Of a stretch of DNA of 64,000 bases, positions 38,209-47,774 are shown one piece after another. The notes below the pieces were generated by a model. That model was not told the origin of the DNA and did not search any database. It saw only the letters and a list, made by a program, of their open reading frames with translations. A program made the position numbers and the translations under genes. The number at the start of each line of letters is the position of its first letter. The stretch's first letter is position 1. The stretch is from a virus (Duplodnaviria > Heunggongvirae > Uroviricota > Caudoviricetes), in the IMG/VR virus record IMGVR_UViG_3300001687_001192; one strand, written 5' to 3'.

Positions 38209-39084
38209 ATGGACGGCAGTAGACAAGGAATTATAGATGCAATTGAACACGAGGCTGATCTAAAAAAGAAATATTTAAATTCTCAAATTGGGTGTCTGGA
38301 CAAAGGGTTTGTGCGACTGGTGGACTTCATGGGTTCTGACGCCTCAGTTGTCCAAGCAGCGCGAGTTAGCACTAATAAAGGAACAACTGATAAGAAAAGA
38401 GATGAAATGCTGATTAGATATTTAATGCGTATGCGTCATACAAGTCCTTTTGAACAAGTGGAGTTTAAGTTTCATTGTAAATTGCCAATTTTTTGTGCTC
38501 GACAAATGGTGCGACATAGAACTGCCAGTTTGAATGAAATGAGCGGCCGGTATTCGCAAATGCCTGAAGAATATTACATACCAGAAATTGACAGGCTGCG
38601 AACACAAGATAAGGTAAATCTACAGGGTAGTGGCGAAGAGCAAATAGAAGAGGCCACTTGGATACAAGATTCTTTCAAGGATGAATGTAAACTGTCGTTC
38701 GAGAATTATAATAGTTACTTAAAATGCGGATTGGCTAGAGAAATAGCACGTATTAATCTTCCGCTTTCTACCTACACCCAGTGGTATTGGAAGATGGATT
38801 TACATAATCTTTTTCATTTTCTTGCACTTAGACTGCATCCGCACGCCCAGTATGAAATGCGGCAATACGCTAAAGCGATTTTCGCATTGATACAACCAAT
38901 TGTTCCAGTGTCTTGTCAGGCCTTCGCAGAATATAAATTGAATGCTAGAACGTTTTCTGGCAAAGAAATGAATATTATAAAGGGGTTACTCAATAAAATT
39001 CATCCAAATGACATTTCTACGATGCTATGTGATAGCGGGCTCAGTAAACAAGAGCAGGAAGAATTACTGGATAAAATAACATAA
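38209..39084 (+). CDS. thyX: FAD-dependent thymidylate synthase
   Basis: RHTSPFEQ, RQMVRHRTASLNEMSGRY, GLAREIAR..LP, HAQYEMR. Confidence 0.95.
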   Translation: MDGSRQGIIDAIEHEADLKKKYLNSQIGCLDKGFVRLVDFMGSDASVVQAARVSTNKGTTDKKRDEMLIRYLMRMRHTSPFEQVEFKFHCKLPIFCARQMVRHRTASLNEMSGRYSQMPEEYYIPEIDRLRTQDKVNLQGSGEEQIEEATWIQDSFKDECKLSFENYNSYLKCGLAREIARINLPLSTYTQWYWKMDLHNLFHFLALRLHPHAQYEMRQYAKAIFALIQPIVPVSCQAFAEYKLNARTFSGKEMNIIKGLLNKIHPNDISTMLCDSGLSKQEQEELLDKIT

Positions 39085-39172
39085 ATGTAACTAATAATTG
39101 TCGACTACGCCCGTTATTCTGGAATATATTGTTTTTATAGAAGGGAAATAATAATTTGAGGTATTTATCAAA

Positions 39173-39454
39173 TTGCCGTTTGATTTTCTAGATGAATATA
39201 AAAAGATAAAAGTTGGCGGATTAGTGAGAATTAAGAACAAGTATCTTCCGCCAAATCATATACTCACTGGAGTGGTACCGGTGCATTCTGATTTTGTGGA
39301 TTATATATTGAAGAATGAAAATGTATTTACCATTACGTGTATCCAAGAATATTACGATGACGTATTAATTTCTGTATTTGAACTTAAACACGTTTTGGAA
39401 TATTATCAAGTATCTCCATTTAGCAGACGGGTGTTAAATTGGCACAAAACATGA
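39173..39454 (+). CDS. Hypothetical protein
   Basis: TTG start after GAGG; ATGA overlap downstream. Confidence 0.55.
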   Translation: MPFDFLDEYKKIKVGGLVRIKNKYLPPNHILTGVVPVHSDFVDYILKNENVFTITCIQEYYDDVLISVFELKHVLEYYQVSPFSRRVLNWHKT

Positions 39455-39663
39455 CAAAAGAAAAAATATTAAAATTCGAAGACGAAAGTTTTTTACGAGT
39501 AACAATAGAAGAAAACGGGGCAACAACTATTACTTTGCAGGCTAAGCATCTGGGAAGCAATATTAAAACCACATCGGCTACTATAAATTTAAAGCCGGAT
39601 GAAGTTATTGAGTTGGTTGCCTGGATGGGTCAGGAGTTAACGGATGAATGCTCAAATGGTTGA
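39451..39663 (+). CDS. Hypothetical protein
   Basis: 70-aa ORF in operon. Confidence 0.65.
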   Translation: MTKEKILKFEDESFLRVTIEENGATTITLQAKHLGSNIKTTSATINLKPDEVIELVAWMGQELTDECSNG

Positions 39664-40363
39664 ACGTGATTATTTGCCCATGTTGAGGCAGCTTGAAGAA
39701 AAAATCAAGAAAAATGTCCCAACATATGAGCTACGTTTTAAAAATGAAAGCACACTTATGAAAATAATGAGTAAAATTCTTTTTTTTAACAAGGGCTTTA
39801 TGACGAAAGTTAAAACTGTGCTTGGTACGAAAGTATATTGGACAAGTAGGGAAGATTATGACCGAAACCCGCGCGAGACTTTTGGATCATTGGCACACGA
39901 ATTCGTACATGTTATGGACTATAAAAGAAACCCAGTGAAATTTGCACTGGGTTATCTTTTTCCGCAAATTCTAGCTACGCCCGCACTATTGTTTGTGTTG
40001 TTGTCTCCCATATTGATTCCTTTGATTGTCTTCGGCGTGGTACCTGCTTGTGTACTGTGGGTGTTGCTTACAGCATTGTTCCTGGCACCAATACCATCTC
40101 TTGGTAGAAAATGGGCAGAAATGAGGGGCTACGGAATGAACATTAAACTTATGGTGTGGCTCTATGGCTTGTTTCCTAAACATTATAGAGAATGGTATGT
40201 CAGGCATTTTACGGGGCCAACATATTATTATATGTGGCCTTTCAAAAGAAGCATAGAAGAAGAAATAGATAAGTGGTCAGATCCATTTAATTTAGATTGT
40301 CTTGATGATACAAACCCAGCATACAGGGAAGTATATGACTTGTTGTTTCAACTAAGAGCATGA
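39644..40363 (+). CDS. Membrane protein with HExxH zinc-metallopeptidase motif
   Basis: LAHEFVH, long hydrophobic hairpin, downstream E in RKWAEMRGY. Confidence 0.7.
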   Translation: MNAQMVERDYLPMLRQLEEKIKKNVPTYELRFKNESTLMKIMSKILFFNKGFMTKVKTVLGTKVYWTSREDYDRNPRETFGSLAHEFVHVMDYKRNPVKFALGYLFPQILATPALLFVLLSPILIPLIVFGVVPACVLWVLLTALFLAPIPSLGRKWAEMRGYGMNIKLMVWLYGLFPKHYREWYVRHFTGPTYYYMWPFKRSIEEEIDKWSDPFNLDCLDDTNPAYREVYDLLFQLRA

Positions 40364-41481
40364 AAATATTCGATTTAATTATCATAGGCTCAGGACCTGC
40401 CGGGACTGCTGCCGCCAAGGTTGTTTCATCAAAAGGCATGTCAGTTCTTTTAATAGAACGTGGGAAAGATTTAAATAGGCGAAGAGACCTAACTTGCGGG
40501 TGGTTTGGGCACGGTTTGTACGCCATGAATCGACTGGAATTGGAAGACCCAGTACTTCAAAATGCTAAAGCTATCAGAGAAGCGTTCAAAATAGTACAAA
40601 ACGTTTCCCTAGAGAGACCTACAGTCCTAAAAGCCAAGGGTTTTGGAGAGGGGAAATATTGTGTTCTTCCCGATGGTTTTGGCAGAGAGTTAGCGACATA
40701 TTTTTTTAATGCCATTTCGAGAAATGGAACCATCGCATTTAACACAGATGCCGAGAAAATTACTCGCGATGGCAACGTATTCTACATAAAGACAAACAGA
40801 GGTACATATGCTGGGTCCAGGTGTTTAATAACCACGGGCAAAAACTCCCTGGAATGGTTAGAAAAAATATGTGTCCAATTCGGCATCGAGCCAGTTGAGC
40901 AGCCGGTGAGAATTGGCGTAAGAGTTGAAGTTCCAACGTTCAGGATGCGCAAAGTAATATCTGAGATTGGAGATATAAAATTAGATTGCGGTGAGGCAAG
41001 TACAGACGACGCTCGTCTCAATGCTTTCGTTGGTGAGTGGGAAGACTCTAATTTACTGTCTGCTTTCGGGCATTGCATGCCGGGTAAAAAATCTGAAAGG
41101 ACCAATTTTATGGTTGGGCTTGACTCGGATGAAGAAGGTATCAGGGACGCACGGATTGCTAATGTATTATCTAATGATAAAATCCGCCCAGAGAGAGTTA
41201 GTGAATATGTAGAAGGAAGATCGGCACTTGAACACATAAATACATTTCGAATGCTTAGAGAAGCGTTCAGAAATTTAGAGAAAGTGTTTCCTGCATTTAT
41301 GTCATACGCAATAATGTATGCGCCGGAGATACGATTAAGGGGCATACTGGATGTTGATCAATATATGAAAACCAAGGTGCCAGGCCTATATGGGGCCGGA
41401 GAGTGCACTTCTAGAGTAAGCTCTTTAATAGGAGCCATAGCGTCTGGCTTAATTGTCGGGCGAACTATATTAAAGGAGTAG
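40360..41481 (+). CDS. FAD-dependent oxidoreductase (HI0933/COG2509-like)
   Basis: IIIGSGPAG, IERG, IGVRVEVP, YAPEI, TKVPGLYGAGE. Confidence 0.8.
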   Translation: MKIFDLIIIGSGPAGTAAAKVVSSKGMSVLLIERGKDLNRRRDLTCGWFGHGLYAMNRLELEDPVLQNAKAIREAFKIVQNVSLERPTVLKAKGFGEGKYCVLPDGFGRELATYFFNAISRNGTIAFNTDAEKITRDGNVFYIKTNRGTYAGSRCLITTGKNSLEWLEKICVQFGIEPVEQPVRIGVRVEVPTFRMRKVISEIGDIKLDCGEASTDDARLNAFVGEWEDSNLLSAFGHCMPGKKSERTNFMVGLDSDEEGIRDARIANVLSNDKIRPERVSEYVEGRSALEHINTFRMLREAFRNLEKVFPAFMSYAIMYAPEIRLRGILDVDQYMKTKVPGLYGAGECTSRVSSLIGAIASGLIVGRTILKE

Positions 41482-41486
41482 AAAAA

Positions 41487-42209
41487 ATGAGTAATGAAGA
41501 AGCTGTGAAGGCAGCTAAAAAAGCTGAAGAAGCACTGAATAAAGTTAGAGAAGCCGAGGCTGCTAAATTACAAGCTGAATTGGCATTTGAGGCCGCCAAG
41601 CTAGAGGCGAAAGCAGCTGCTGAAGCTGCTAAATTGGCTGGCAAAAAGAAAACTGAAGAAGCGCCCGCAACAAAGCTGGCGGATCCACCTGAAGAAGCGG
41701 TGGTTTTGGAAAAAGCTGATCCCAGGGAAATATTTGAGAACAACGAACCATTAATTACGGACATTGAAGAGGTTCCAGAAGATAAAGATGTTGTAGAAGC
41801 TTCAAAAGAGACCAGTGGCGCAGATAAAAAGTTGGTCTTAGCTTTTCTACAGAAAAAATCCTGGGATTTAAGAAAAACAATTCCTGGTGTTGTAGATATA
41901 AGATTTGAGGATGATCCGCCTAGAGTAATTTTTGCTGCAGCGTCGTCTGAAGTTAAAATACCTGAGCTTGAGTATAACGGCGTTAAAATAGATTCTGAGC
42001 TTGAGGTAAGAGCGGCAACCAAAACTGGAACAGTTTCCGTAGGAGAAGACGGCAGCGAAGATGGCGCATATCATAGAAGCATTTCTGGCGAAGGAGCGAA
42101 AGTGTTGGGAGTTACAGAGGCTATGGGCCCACATTCTAGCAAAGAAGCTAAACAACGAGCAGCATATGAAGCGTGGCTGAAGAGGCATCCTGGTATTAAG
42201 AGGTCGTAA
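41487..42209 (+). CDS. Hypothetical protein with Ala/Glu/Lys-rich helical N-terminus
   Basis: 240-aa ORF, AAGGAG RBS. Confidence 0.75.
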   Translation: MSNEEAVKAAKKAEEALNKVREAEAAKLQAELAFEAAKLEAKAAAEAAKLAGKKKTEEAPATKLADPPEEAVVLEKADPREIFENNEPLITDIEEVPEDKDVVEASKETSGADKKLVLAFLQKKSWDLRKTIPGVVDIRFEDDPPRVIFAAASSEVKIPELEYNGVKIDSELEVRAATKTGTVSVGEDGSEDGAYHRSISGEGAKVLGVTEAMGPHSSKEAKQRAAYEAWLKRHPGIKRS

Positions 42210-42211
42210 AA

Positions 42212-42409
42212 ATGGTTGATTTTACTACCCTCATGAATCGCGGTCATAGAAGATTCCTAGCACACCAAAAGAAAAGAAATTTTGGGCCATGCGAAGATTG
42301 CGGGGAATATTCTTTGCTTCTAGAATATAAAGACCCTACAGATAAAGATGCGAACTGGCTCGTCTGCGATTATTGTTACAAAAAACTGGAAACTGACGAG
42401 GATGAATAA
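42212..42409 (+). CDS. Small CxxC...CxxC zinc-binding protein
   Basis: CEDC...CDYC. Confidence 0.65.
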   Translation: MVDFTTLMNRGHRRFLAHQKKRNFGPCEDCGEYSLLLEYKDPTDKDANWLVCDYCYKKLETDEDE

Positions 42410-42420
42410 AAGGCGGAGTT

Positions 42421-42720
42421 ATGAAATTGGTTAATAGCAAAGATATTAAACAAATCGTTGATGATAAATCCGATCCAGGAGATCTATACGATTTTTTAGA
42501 AGAAGAATTAAAAAGCCCCTGCTGGGAAGTTAATGTTGACTGGGAGAACGGCAAGCTTAGATTTCTAATTGATTCCAGGGAGCTAATGAATTATCCGTTA
42601 TCTAAGCTTAATAAAGACGATATTAATTTACCCAACATATATGAGTGGCTTCAGATACTTAAGACCGAGGATATAAAGCTGCTTAGAAATACACTAAAAA
42701 CTTTCGAGAAAAGGAAATGA
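42421..42720 (+). CDS. Hypothetical protein, begins MKLVNS
   Basis: GGAG RBS. Confidence 0.7.
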   Translation: MKLVNSKDIKQIVDDKSDPGDLYDFLEEELKSPCWEVNVDWENGKLRFLIDSRELMNYPLSKLNKDDINLPNIYEWLQILKTEDIKLLRNTLKTFEKRK

Positions 42721-43199
42721 AGGATAAAATCATGGCAAAAGAAGGAAATGCGTTAGTTAGTAAGACTATATTGATAGTGTCACTGTGTGTGCTTGGGCTT
42801 GTTGCAGCGGTAGCCGGCGGATATTTATTGTGTGATCATCTCTGGGCTGGTGCGACTTGCAGCGAAGAAAGTCGTATACAATTATCAGCAAAGATGATAA
42901 CAGATTTTGAGCAAGGCAAAGCGTTGTTTTGTGATTTATCAGAAGACGAAAGATTTGCGATTTGTCCCACTTATAGACTAACTGAGAAGTTTGACGATGG
43001 TGGTACAATTACAACGTACATATGTAGCCATACCACAGCGTATGCAGAGACGCGCGATTTGGGTACGGAATCTAGGGCTAAGATTAATGAAAAATTAGAA
43101 CTTTTTAGAGAAGTGGCAGATATCGAGGCTCATTGTACTACTAAAAGAGGAGTGGTGTACAAAATTGTCCAAGATGCACAAGAACCGACATTATACTAA
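42717..43199 (+). CDS. Hypothetical protein with N-terminal transmembrane segment
   Basis: ILIVSLCVLGLVAAVAGGYLL; several Cys. Confidence 0.7.
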   Translation: MKDKIMAKEGNALVSKTILIVSLCVLGLVAAVAGGYLLCDHLWAGATCSEESRIQLSAKMITDFEQGKALFCDLSEDERFAICPTYRLTEKFDDGGTITTYICSHTTAYAETRDLGTESRAKINEKLELFREVADIEAHCTTKRGVVYKIVQDAQEPTLY

Positions 43200-43473
43200 T
43201 GATTCGACGGGCCAGATACCACAAATACTCGAGAGTCTAATGAAAGCTCTGCACGATTTAGAAGTTGTGATGGAAAATTCTGCAGTTAAGGATAACCCAA
43301 GAGTGCAAGCTGCTAGAGAGAAACTGATCGAAACCATAAGGAAAGAAGTAGTTGCCACAGCAGACTTGGCCGCGTCAATTAAATTGGCCTATCCGCTATT
43401 AGAGCAACTGCAGAATGTTATGCCGGTCTCGTTTCCGTTTTCTAAAAAGGAAGATGATGAGGATAAATCCTAA
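43165..43473 (+). CDS. Hypothetical protein
   Basis: 102-aa ORF; exact start uncertain. Confidence 0.6.
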   Translation: MSKMHKNRHYTNDSTGQIPQILESLMKALHDLEVVMENSAVKDNPRVQAAREKLIETIRKEVVATADLAASIKLAYPLLEQLQNVMPVSFPFSKKEDDEDKS

Positions 43474-43493
43474 CAGGGAGTGTCTACGGGATT

Positions 43494-43907
43494 TTGAAAA
43501 AAATCTTTCCGGCGCACAAGCCAAAACAATTGGAGTTTATTCAGCAGCGACATACCAAGGATTGTGGTGTGGCTTGCGCAGCTATGCTCGCAGATCGAAT
43601 GTATAAAGAGATAGAAGCTATTTTCCATATTTTAGAGAAATCTACAAGAAGCATATATCCCGATGATGTATTTGAAGTGTTGGATGAAATTGGCTATGAC
43701 TATGATGAGGTGGCTCATCTGCCAAAAAGAGGCAGAGCGCTCGTAGCCATAGAATGGAAAAATGAAGGTTTTACTGGCCATTATGTCGTTTGGGATAGTT
43801 CAAGGGGTCAATTTTTAGATCCCTTGCACGGTGTAATGGGCAAAAGAGAGATGCTGAAGTATGCTTCTATTGATTATATATGGAGAATAATAAGGAGAAA
43901 GAAGTGA
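43494..43907 (+). CDS. Peptidase C39-like cysteine peptidase
   Basis: QQRHTKDCGVACAAM, GHYVVWD, FLDP. Confidence 0.8.
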   Translation: MKKIFPAHKPKQLEFIQQRHTKDCGVACAAMLADRMYKEIEAIFHILEKSTRSIYPDDVFEVLDEIGYDYDEVAHLPKRGRALVAIEWKNEGFTGHYVVWDSSRGQFLDPLHGVMGKREMLKYASIDYIWRIIRRKK

Positions 43908-44155
43908 AGCTGCTTAACGTAAAAAAATTGAAAAAAACCTCTGAGTATTCGATCTCTACGGCGAGTCCAATATTCAGGATAAAGGTTGTTAAGAAAGAAC
44001 CATTAAAAATGCCCACAGCCTTCTCTTTTTTTATTCAGTATGTGTATGGCGTGGAGATCATACCATCATATAGAACTATACAAAAGAGCCAACGGGCTCT
44101 GAACAGAAAAGGTATGGGTAATATAGATGAGATTAATAAATACGAAAAAAGGTAA
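43904..44155 (+). CDS. Hypothetical protein, begins MKLLNV (GTG)
   Basis: AAGGAG RBS, GTGA overlap with C39 stop. Confidence 0.65.
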   Translation: MKLLNVKKLKKTSEYSISTASPIFRIKVVKKEPLKMPTAFSFFIQYVYGVEIIPSYRTIQKSQRALNRKGMGNIDEINKYEKR

Positions 44156-44711
44156 TCAACAACTCATAAGGCTCGTTGGACTGACCCCGGGAACTAGACT
44201 GGGCATATATTATGCCGATGCTATTGGCAGCGATAGAATTTTGTACACAGAATTTGCGGTCGGAAATATTGGAGATTATAATACGGCTCAAAGTAAAATA
44301 GTTCTTCTAAAAGATTACTTTAGAAGTGTGAGTCCGCTTCCCAGGGACATACCAAAAAAAGGCGTCCTGAGAATTAGAAACCCTGACTCTGGTGCGTATA
44401 TGAGGTTCCCGTATTGGTCAGTAAACAGGGCATCTAATATATTTTTTCTTAATAATGCTATCGGAAATATAACTGGTGGCAAAGATTTAGTAGAGGGACG
44501 CGAAGTGTTCATACCGTTTGTTGAACAACAAATCGTTGAAGGGTCAGAAATATCTTATACAATTCAAAACGATGGCCAAGATATATCTGTGGTTATTAGG
44601 GCTAGAAAAAAAGGTTATCTCCCCATGCAACGGATAGCTTCCGCATCAACATATATGCTCTTGAACCAACAAATCGACCCGATCTTTGAGCCGCTTGACA
44701 ACCGCTCGTAA
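44127..44711 (+). CDS. Hypothetical protein, begins MRLINT
   Basis: 194-aa ORF. Confidence 0.7.
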   Translation: MRLINTKKGNQQLIRLVGLTPGTRLGIYYADAIGSDRILYTEFAVGNIGDYNTAQSKIVLLKDYFRSVSPLPRDIPKKGVLRIRNPDSGAYMRFPYWSVNRASNIFFLNNAIGNITGGKDLVEGREVFIPFVEQQIVEGSEISYTIQNDGQDISVVIRARKKGYLPMQRIASASTYMLLNQQIDPIFEPLDNRS

Positions 44712-44741
44712 AGACTTATGTTATTAAGACTATAACATAAG
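44695..44741 (+). promoter_or_regulatory. Sigma70-like promoter with overlapping 10-bp inverted repeat
   Basis: TTGACA-16-TATGTT; CTTATGTTAT-7 nt-ATAACATAAG overlapping -10 and the TAAGGAGG RBS. Confidence 0.6.
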
Positions 44742-44751
44742 GAGGCAAGAA

Positions 44752-45492
44752 ATGATGATGAAAATTAATAATATAGAACAAGCTCTTGAGATTATTGCAG
44801 AAAGTATCAGGCAGTCAACAGTGAGTGTAGAAATTCTCGCACCAGGTGCTAGTTCAAAAGAACAGCTGCTACATATCGTACATCAAATCAAGAAAGAAAT
44901 ATTCTGGAAAAGCATACGGTTAATGGCTTTTGGTGTGTTATTCCCAGACAAAATATATCGCTCTAAAAAGAAAGAGTTCAAGAAAATCAAACGAGCCTGC
45001 AAGTTTATACTTAAATATAAGGGCTTGGACGAATATTTAGGAAAATTATCATGGACGCATTTATTCGAGTTTGGCCCGTTTGCAAATGTTAGTTGGGTGC
45101 TTAAATACTATAGTTCTGGTGATTTACAAAGATCACAATCCAAATATAGAAGTGCAGATTCTAAAGGGCGTCCGCTTTTTGGTGGGTGTTTTGAGCGTTC
45201 TGGAGCAAAGTTAAAAGAGAATGAAACATACAGAGTGATCAGAATTGTTGATGAAAAAACAGGCCAAGACACATTTACAGTAGAAAAAAGGGAAAAGACA
45301 CCGATAGAACAGAGACTTAAGATGCTTCCGATGTCTGCAACTATAGTAGTGTCCGAAAACGATAATATAATGATTGTCAAAAACATCTTAGAAGAGACAC
45401 TAAAACAACTAAATCTGGAGCTTAATAAAGATTCAGAAGAAAAAATTGTCAAAAATGTGAGCAAAAAGATGGGGTTTCATGAAGATGAATGA
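44752..45492 (+). CDS. Hypothetical protein
   Basis: 246-aa ORF, AAGGAGG RBS. Confidence 0.75.
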   Translation: MMMKINNIEQALEIIAESIRQSTVSVEILAPGASSKEQLLHIVHQIKKEIFWKSIRLMAFGVLFPDKIYRSKKKEFKKIKRACKFILKYKGLDEYLGKLSWTHLFEFGPFANVSWVLKYYSSGDLQRSQSKYRSADSKGRPLFGGCFERSGAKLKENETYRVIRIVDEKTGQDTFTVEKREKTPIEQRLKMLPMSATIVVSENDNIMIVKNILEETLKQLNLELNKDSEEKIVKNVSKKMGFHEDE

Positions 45493-45790
45493 TAGGCTTA
45501 AAGAGTGGTTTGATACGAAAGGAAGAAGACTGGCTGAACTAAAAGCTGCTGGCGGCCAGGAGTATATGATTTTGGGGTACACGGAAAAGCTCACTAAAAA
45601 AGAGCTTGAAGAATTTAAGACTCTTGGAATACAAATGGATGCGCTTATCTGGGCGTTCATGCCGGACAATCTCGATGATCAAGAAAATTATATCCTAGAA
45701 ATTAAAGAATTCTTTTCTGATATAGAAGATCCGTATTTTAAAGCAAAAGAGATTGTGAAAGGCAAAAAACTACCTAGAGGATACGCTTAA
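45479..45790 (+). CDS. Hypothetical protein
   Basis: 103-aa ORF. Confidence 0.65.
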   Translation: MKMNDRLKEWFDTKGRRLAELKAAGGQEYMILGYTEKLTKKELEEFKTLGIQMDALIWAFMPDNLDDQENYILEIKEFFSDIEDPYFKAKEIVKGKKLPRGYA

Positions 45791-45979
45791 ATGGCAAAAG
45801 TCATAAATTCTAAGGAGATAAGGGCCAAAAAACTTGTTGATGCTCTTATCAAATCTATATCAAGACACTTCCAAAAACATCTGAATAAGTGTGTTGGTGA
45901 TATCGCCACTGATCCCAACGGAAATTTTGATGTTTTCACCGATCCTATTTTACCCAAAAATAATAATAAAAAGTTATAA
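45791..45979 (+). CDS. Hypothetical protein, begins MAKVINS
   Basis: Abuts the previous stop. Confidence 0.6.
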   Translation: MAKVINSKEIRAKKLVDALIKSISRHFQKHLNKCVGDIATDPNGNFDVFTDPILPKNNNKKL

Positions 45980-46001
45980 ACATTGAGGAGGGTTATGGAA
46001 T

Positions 46002-46223
46002 TTGACAACTGTAATCAATAGTTCACAAAAAATATCTTATAAGGTTTATGTAAGAGGTGTGGGCATGCGAATGGTTACGTTTGAGACGCTCCGGGTACCA
46101 TGGTGGTACCGCATATTTCGGAAGCCAAATGGCAGGTTAATAGCGCTCGAAGAAATGGATGAGGGTTATCGAAGAGGGTGGAGCTTCGTGGCTTCGATCT
46201 TGATACCAGACGAATTAAAATGA
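46002..46223 (+). CDS. Hypothetical protein, begins MTTVINS (TTG)
   Basis: ATGA-coupled to next ORF. Confidence 0.55.
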   Translation: MTTVINSSQKISYKVYVRGVGMRMVTFETLRVPWWYRIFRKPNGRLIALEEMDEGYRRGWSFVASILIPDELK

Positions 46224-46384
46224 AATTATTAAATGCGGGCAAACCATTGCTAATACATGAGTTAAAACAATGCCATGAATGCAAGCATATCTTTGTTTAC
46301 AGTAGAAACATTATCAACCCCAAGCTAAATAAAATACTAATATATTGTCCAAATTGTGGGTATAAGATACGCATTTATCTATGA
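46220..46384 (+). CDS. Small zinc-ribbon protein, begins MKLLNA
   Basis: CHEC...CPNC; ATGA overlaps at both ends. Confidence 0.65.
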   Translation: MKLLNAGKPLLIHELKQCHECKHIFVYSRNIINPKLNKILIYCPNCGYKIRIYL

Positions 46385-46644
46385 GATGTTTTAATCCAAA
46401 TAATAAAAACAGAGCCATAGTAAAAGAATTTTTCTGGACTTCTCAGTTTAATTGGCAGGGCAATAGGTATGTCAGCGCGGGTTCACATACGTTTACAGTA
46501 AAGTATCTTTGCCCCCGCTGTCGGTATCGGTCAGTGCAGATTACAGAATATGATGACGATGGGCCGTGGGAAATCGAATGCCCGCACTGTGGTCTTGATG
46601 TATTTATTCCGGCATCCGCCGAATTGACTAATAGGAAAAGATAA
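46381..46644 (+). CDS. Small zinc-ribbon protein, begins MRCFNP
   Basis: CPRC...CPHC. Confidence 0.7.
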   Translation: MRCFNPNNKNRAIVKEFFWTSQFNWQGNRYVSAGSHTFTVKYLCPRCRYRSVQITEYDDDGPWEIECPHCGLDVFIPASAELTNRKR

Positions 46645-46985
46645 TGAAAGAAAAGAATAGCAACGACATATATATCAAAAAGATATCTGACAATCCAATA
46701 CAAAATGGGCCAGATGAAAAGGATGCTTCGGATTTATATGTTACTTCTCCGTATCCATGGACACCAGTGTATGATATAGGCTCCTCAAAGGCAGAATATG
46801 TGCCCAGATGTGTTTCAATAAAGTTGCAGTTTTATTGTCCTACATGCTTTTCTATGTTTGTAATAGAACGTTCATATTTTAGGACAACTGATAAAATGAC
46901 TTGTTTTTGTGGGACTAAGCTAAAATTTGAGAAGGCGCAGTGTTTTCGTATGAGGAACGAGGAGTTTTTTTATGAAATTGCTTAA
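46644..46985 (+). CDS. Zinc-ribbon protein
   Basis: CPTC...CFCG; TAATG overlap. Confidence 0.65.
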   Translation: MKEKNSNDIYIKKISDNPIQNGPDEKDASDLYVTSPYPWTPVYDIGSSKAEYVPRCVSIKLQFYCPTCFSMFVIERSYFRTTDKMTCFCGTKLKFEKAQCFRMRNEEFFYEIA

Positions 46986-47157
46986 TGCAAAACGGAAATC
47001 TGAGAAATATGAAAGATTAGAAAAAAGTCTAAATATGTTAGTGGAAGACGGTTATATAAAGGGCTGGAAAGATCTAAAGATTGATGGTAACGGTATATCG
47101 TATACAATAGTGCCTGTCGAACCTGTGAAATTCTGGGTATGTGACATAAAACTGTGA
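46972..47157 (+). CDS. Hypothetical protein, begins MKLLNA
   Basis: GAGGAG RBS. Confidence 0.65.
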   Translation: MKLLNAKRKSEKYERLEKSLNMLVEDGYIKGWKDLKIDGNGISYTIVPVEPVKFWVCDIKL

Positions 47158-47314
47158 GATTACTAAACTCCAGAGGCGGAACAGTAGTTGTGTCGCTTGC
47201 GAAAAATGTGCAGCAGCATTATATTTTTATATACGCCGGAATTATAAAAATGCAAGCACATCTGTTTTTTGTCCATCTTGTGGGCAAGATTTGCTTGTGA
47301 CCATAAAATCATGA
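47154..47314 (+). pseudogene. Frameshifted small zinc-ribbon gene
   Basis: GTG 47154 MRLLNSRGGTVV in one frame; ACEKC...FCPSCG..TIKS* in the -1 frame, ending TGA 47312-47314 over the next ATG. Confidence 0.6.
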
Positions 47315-47523
47315 GGGTTTTGAATAAAAAAACAAAAGTCCTGACATTTGACGAAGAACAAGACGATCCGCCTAATGGATTCCATTTTTTCTTGTCATGT
47401 CATTGTTTCCATTGTGCAGAAATGATTTATATCTACTGCAATAAAACGAAGCCGCGAAGATTTAATACGAATTGCCCATCTTGCGGGGCGGCAGCAAGTT
47501 GGTTTACTTCCCATGGATCATGA
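47311..47523 (+). CDS. Zinc-ribbon paralogue 1, begins MRVLNK
   Basis: GF.F...CFHC..MIYIYC...CPSC. Confidence 0.7.
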   Translation: MRVLNKKTKVLTFDEEQDDPPNGFHFFLSCHCFHCAEMIYIYCNKTKPRRFNTNCPSCGAAASWFTSHGS

Positions 47524-47774
47524 AGATATTAAATAGCAAAATAAAAGTTCTGTCTTTCGTTAGCACAATTACAACTCACGAAGGTTTCTTTTTTTGGGGT
47601 AGTTGGACGTGTGACAGCTGCGATAAGAAAATGTTTATATACTGTAGTCACAAGGGTCCTCATAAGTGGCTAAAAACACAATGCCCGCATTGCTCCGAGA
47701 AAGTATTTATAATGACGGTTCATGGGATTTTCGATGCACTTTCCACCAAGCTGGCCAAAACGCACAAATTATGA
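47520..47774 (+). CDS. Zinc-ribbon paralogue 2, begins MKILNS
   Basis: GFFF...CDSC.KKMFIYC...CPHC. Confidence 0.7.
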   Translation: MKILNSKIKVLSFVSTITTHEGFFFWGSWTCDSCDKKMFIYCSHKGPHKWLKTQCPHCSEKVFIMTVHGIFDALSTKLAKTHKL

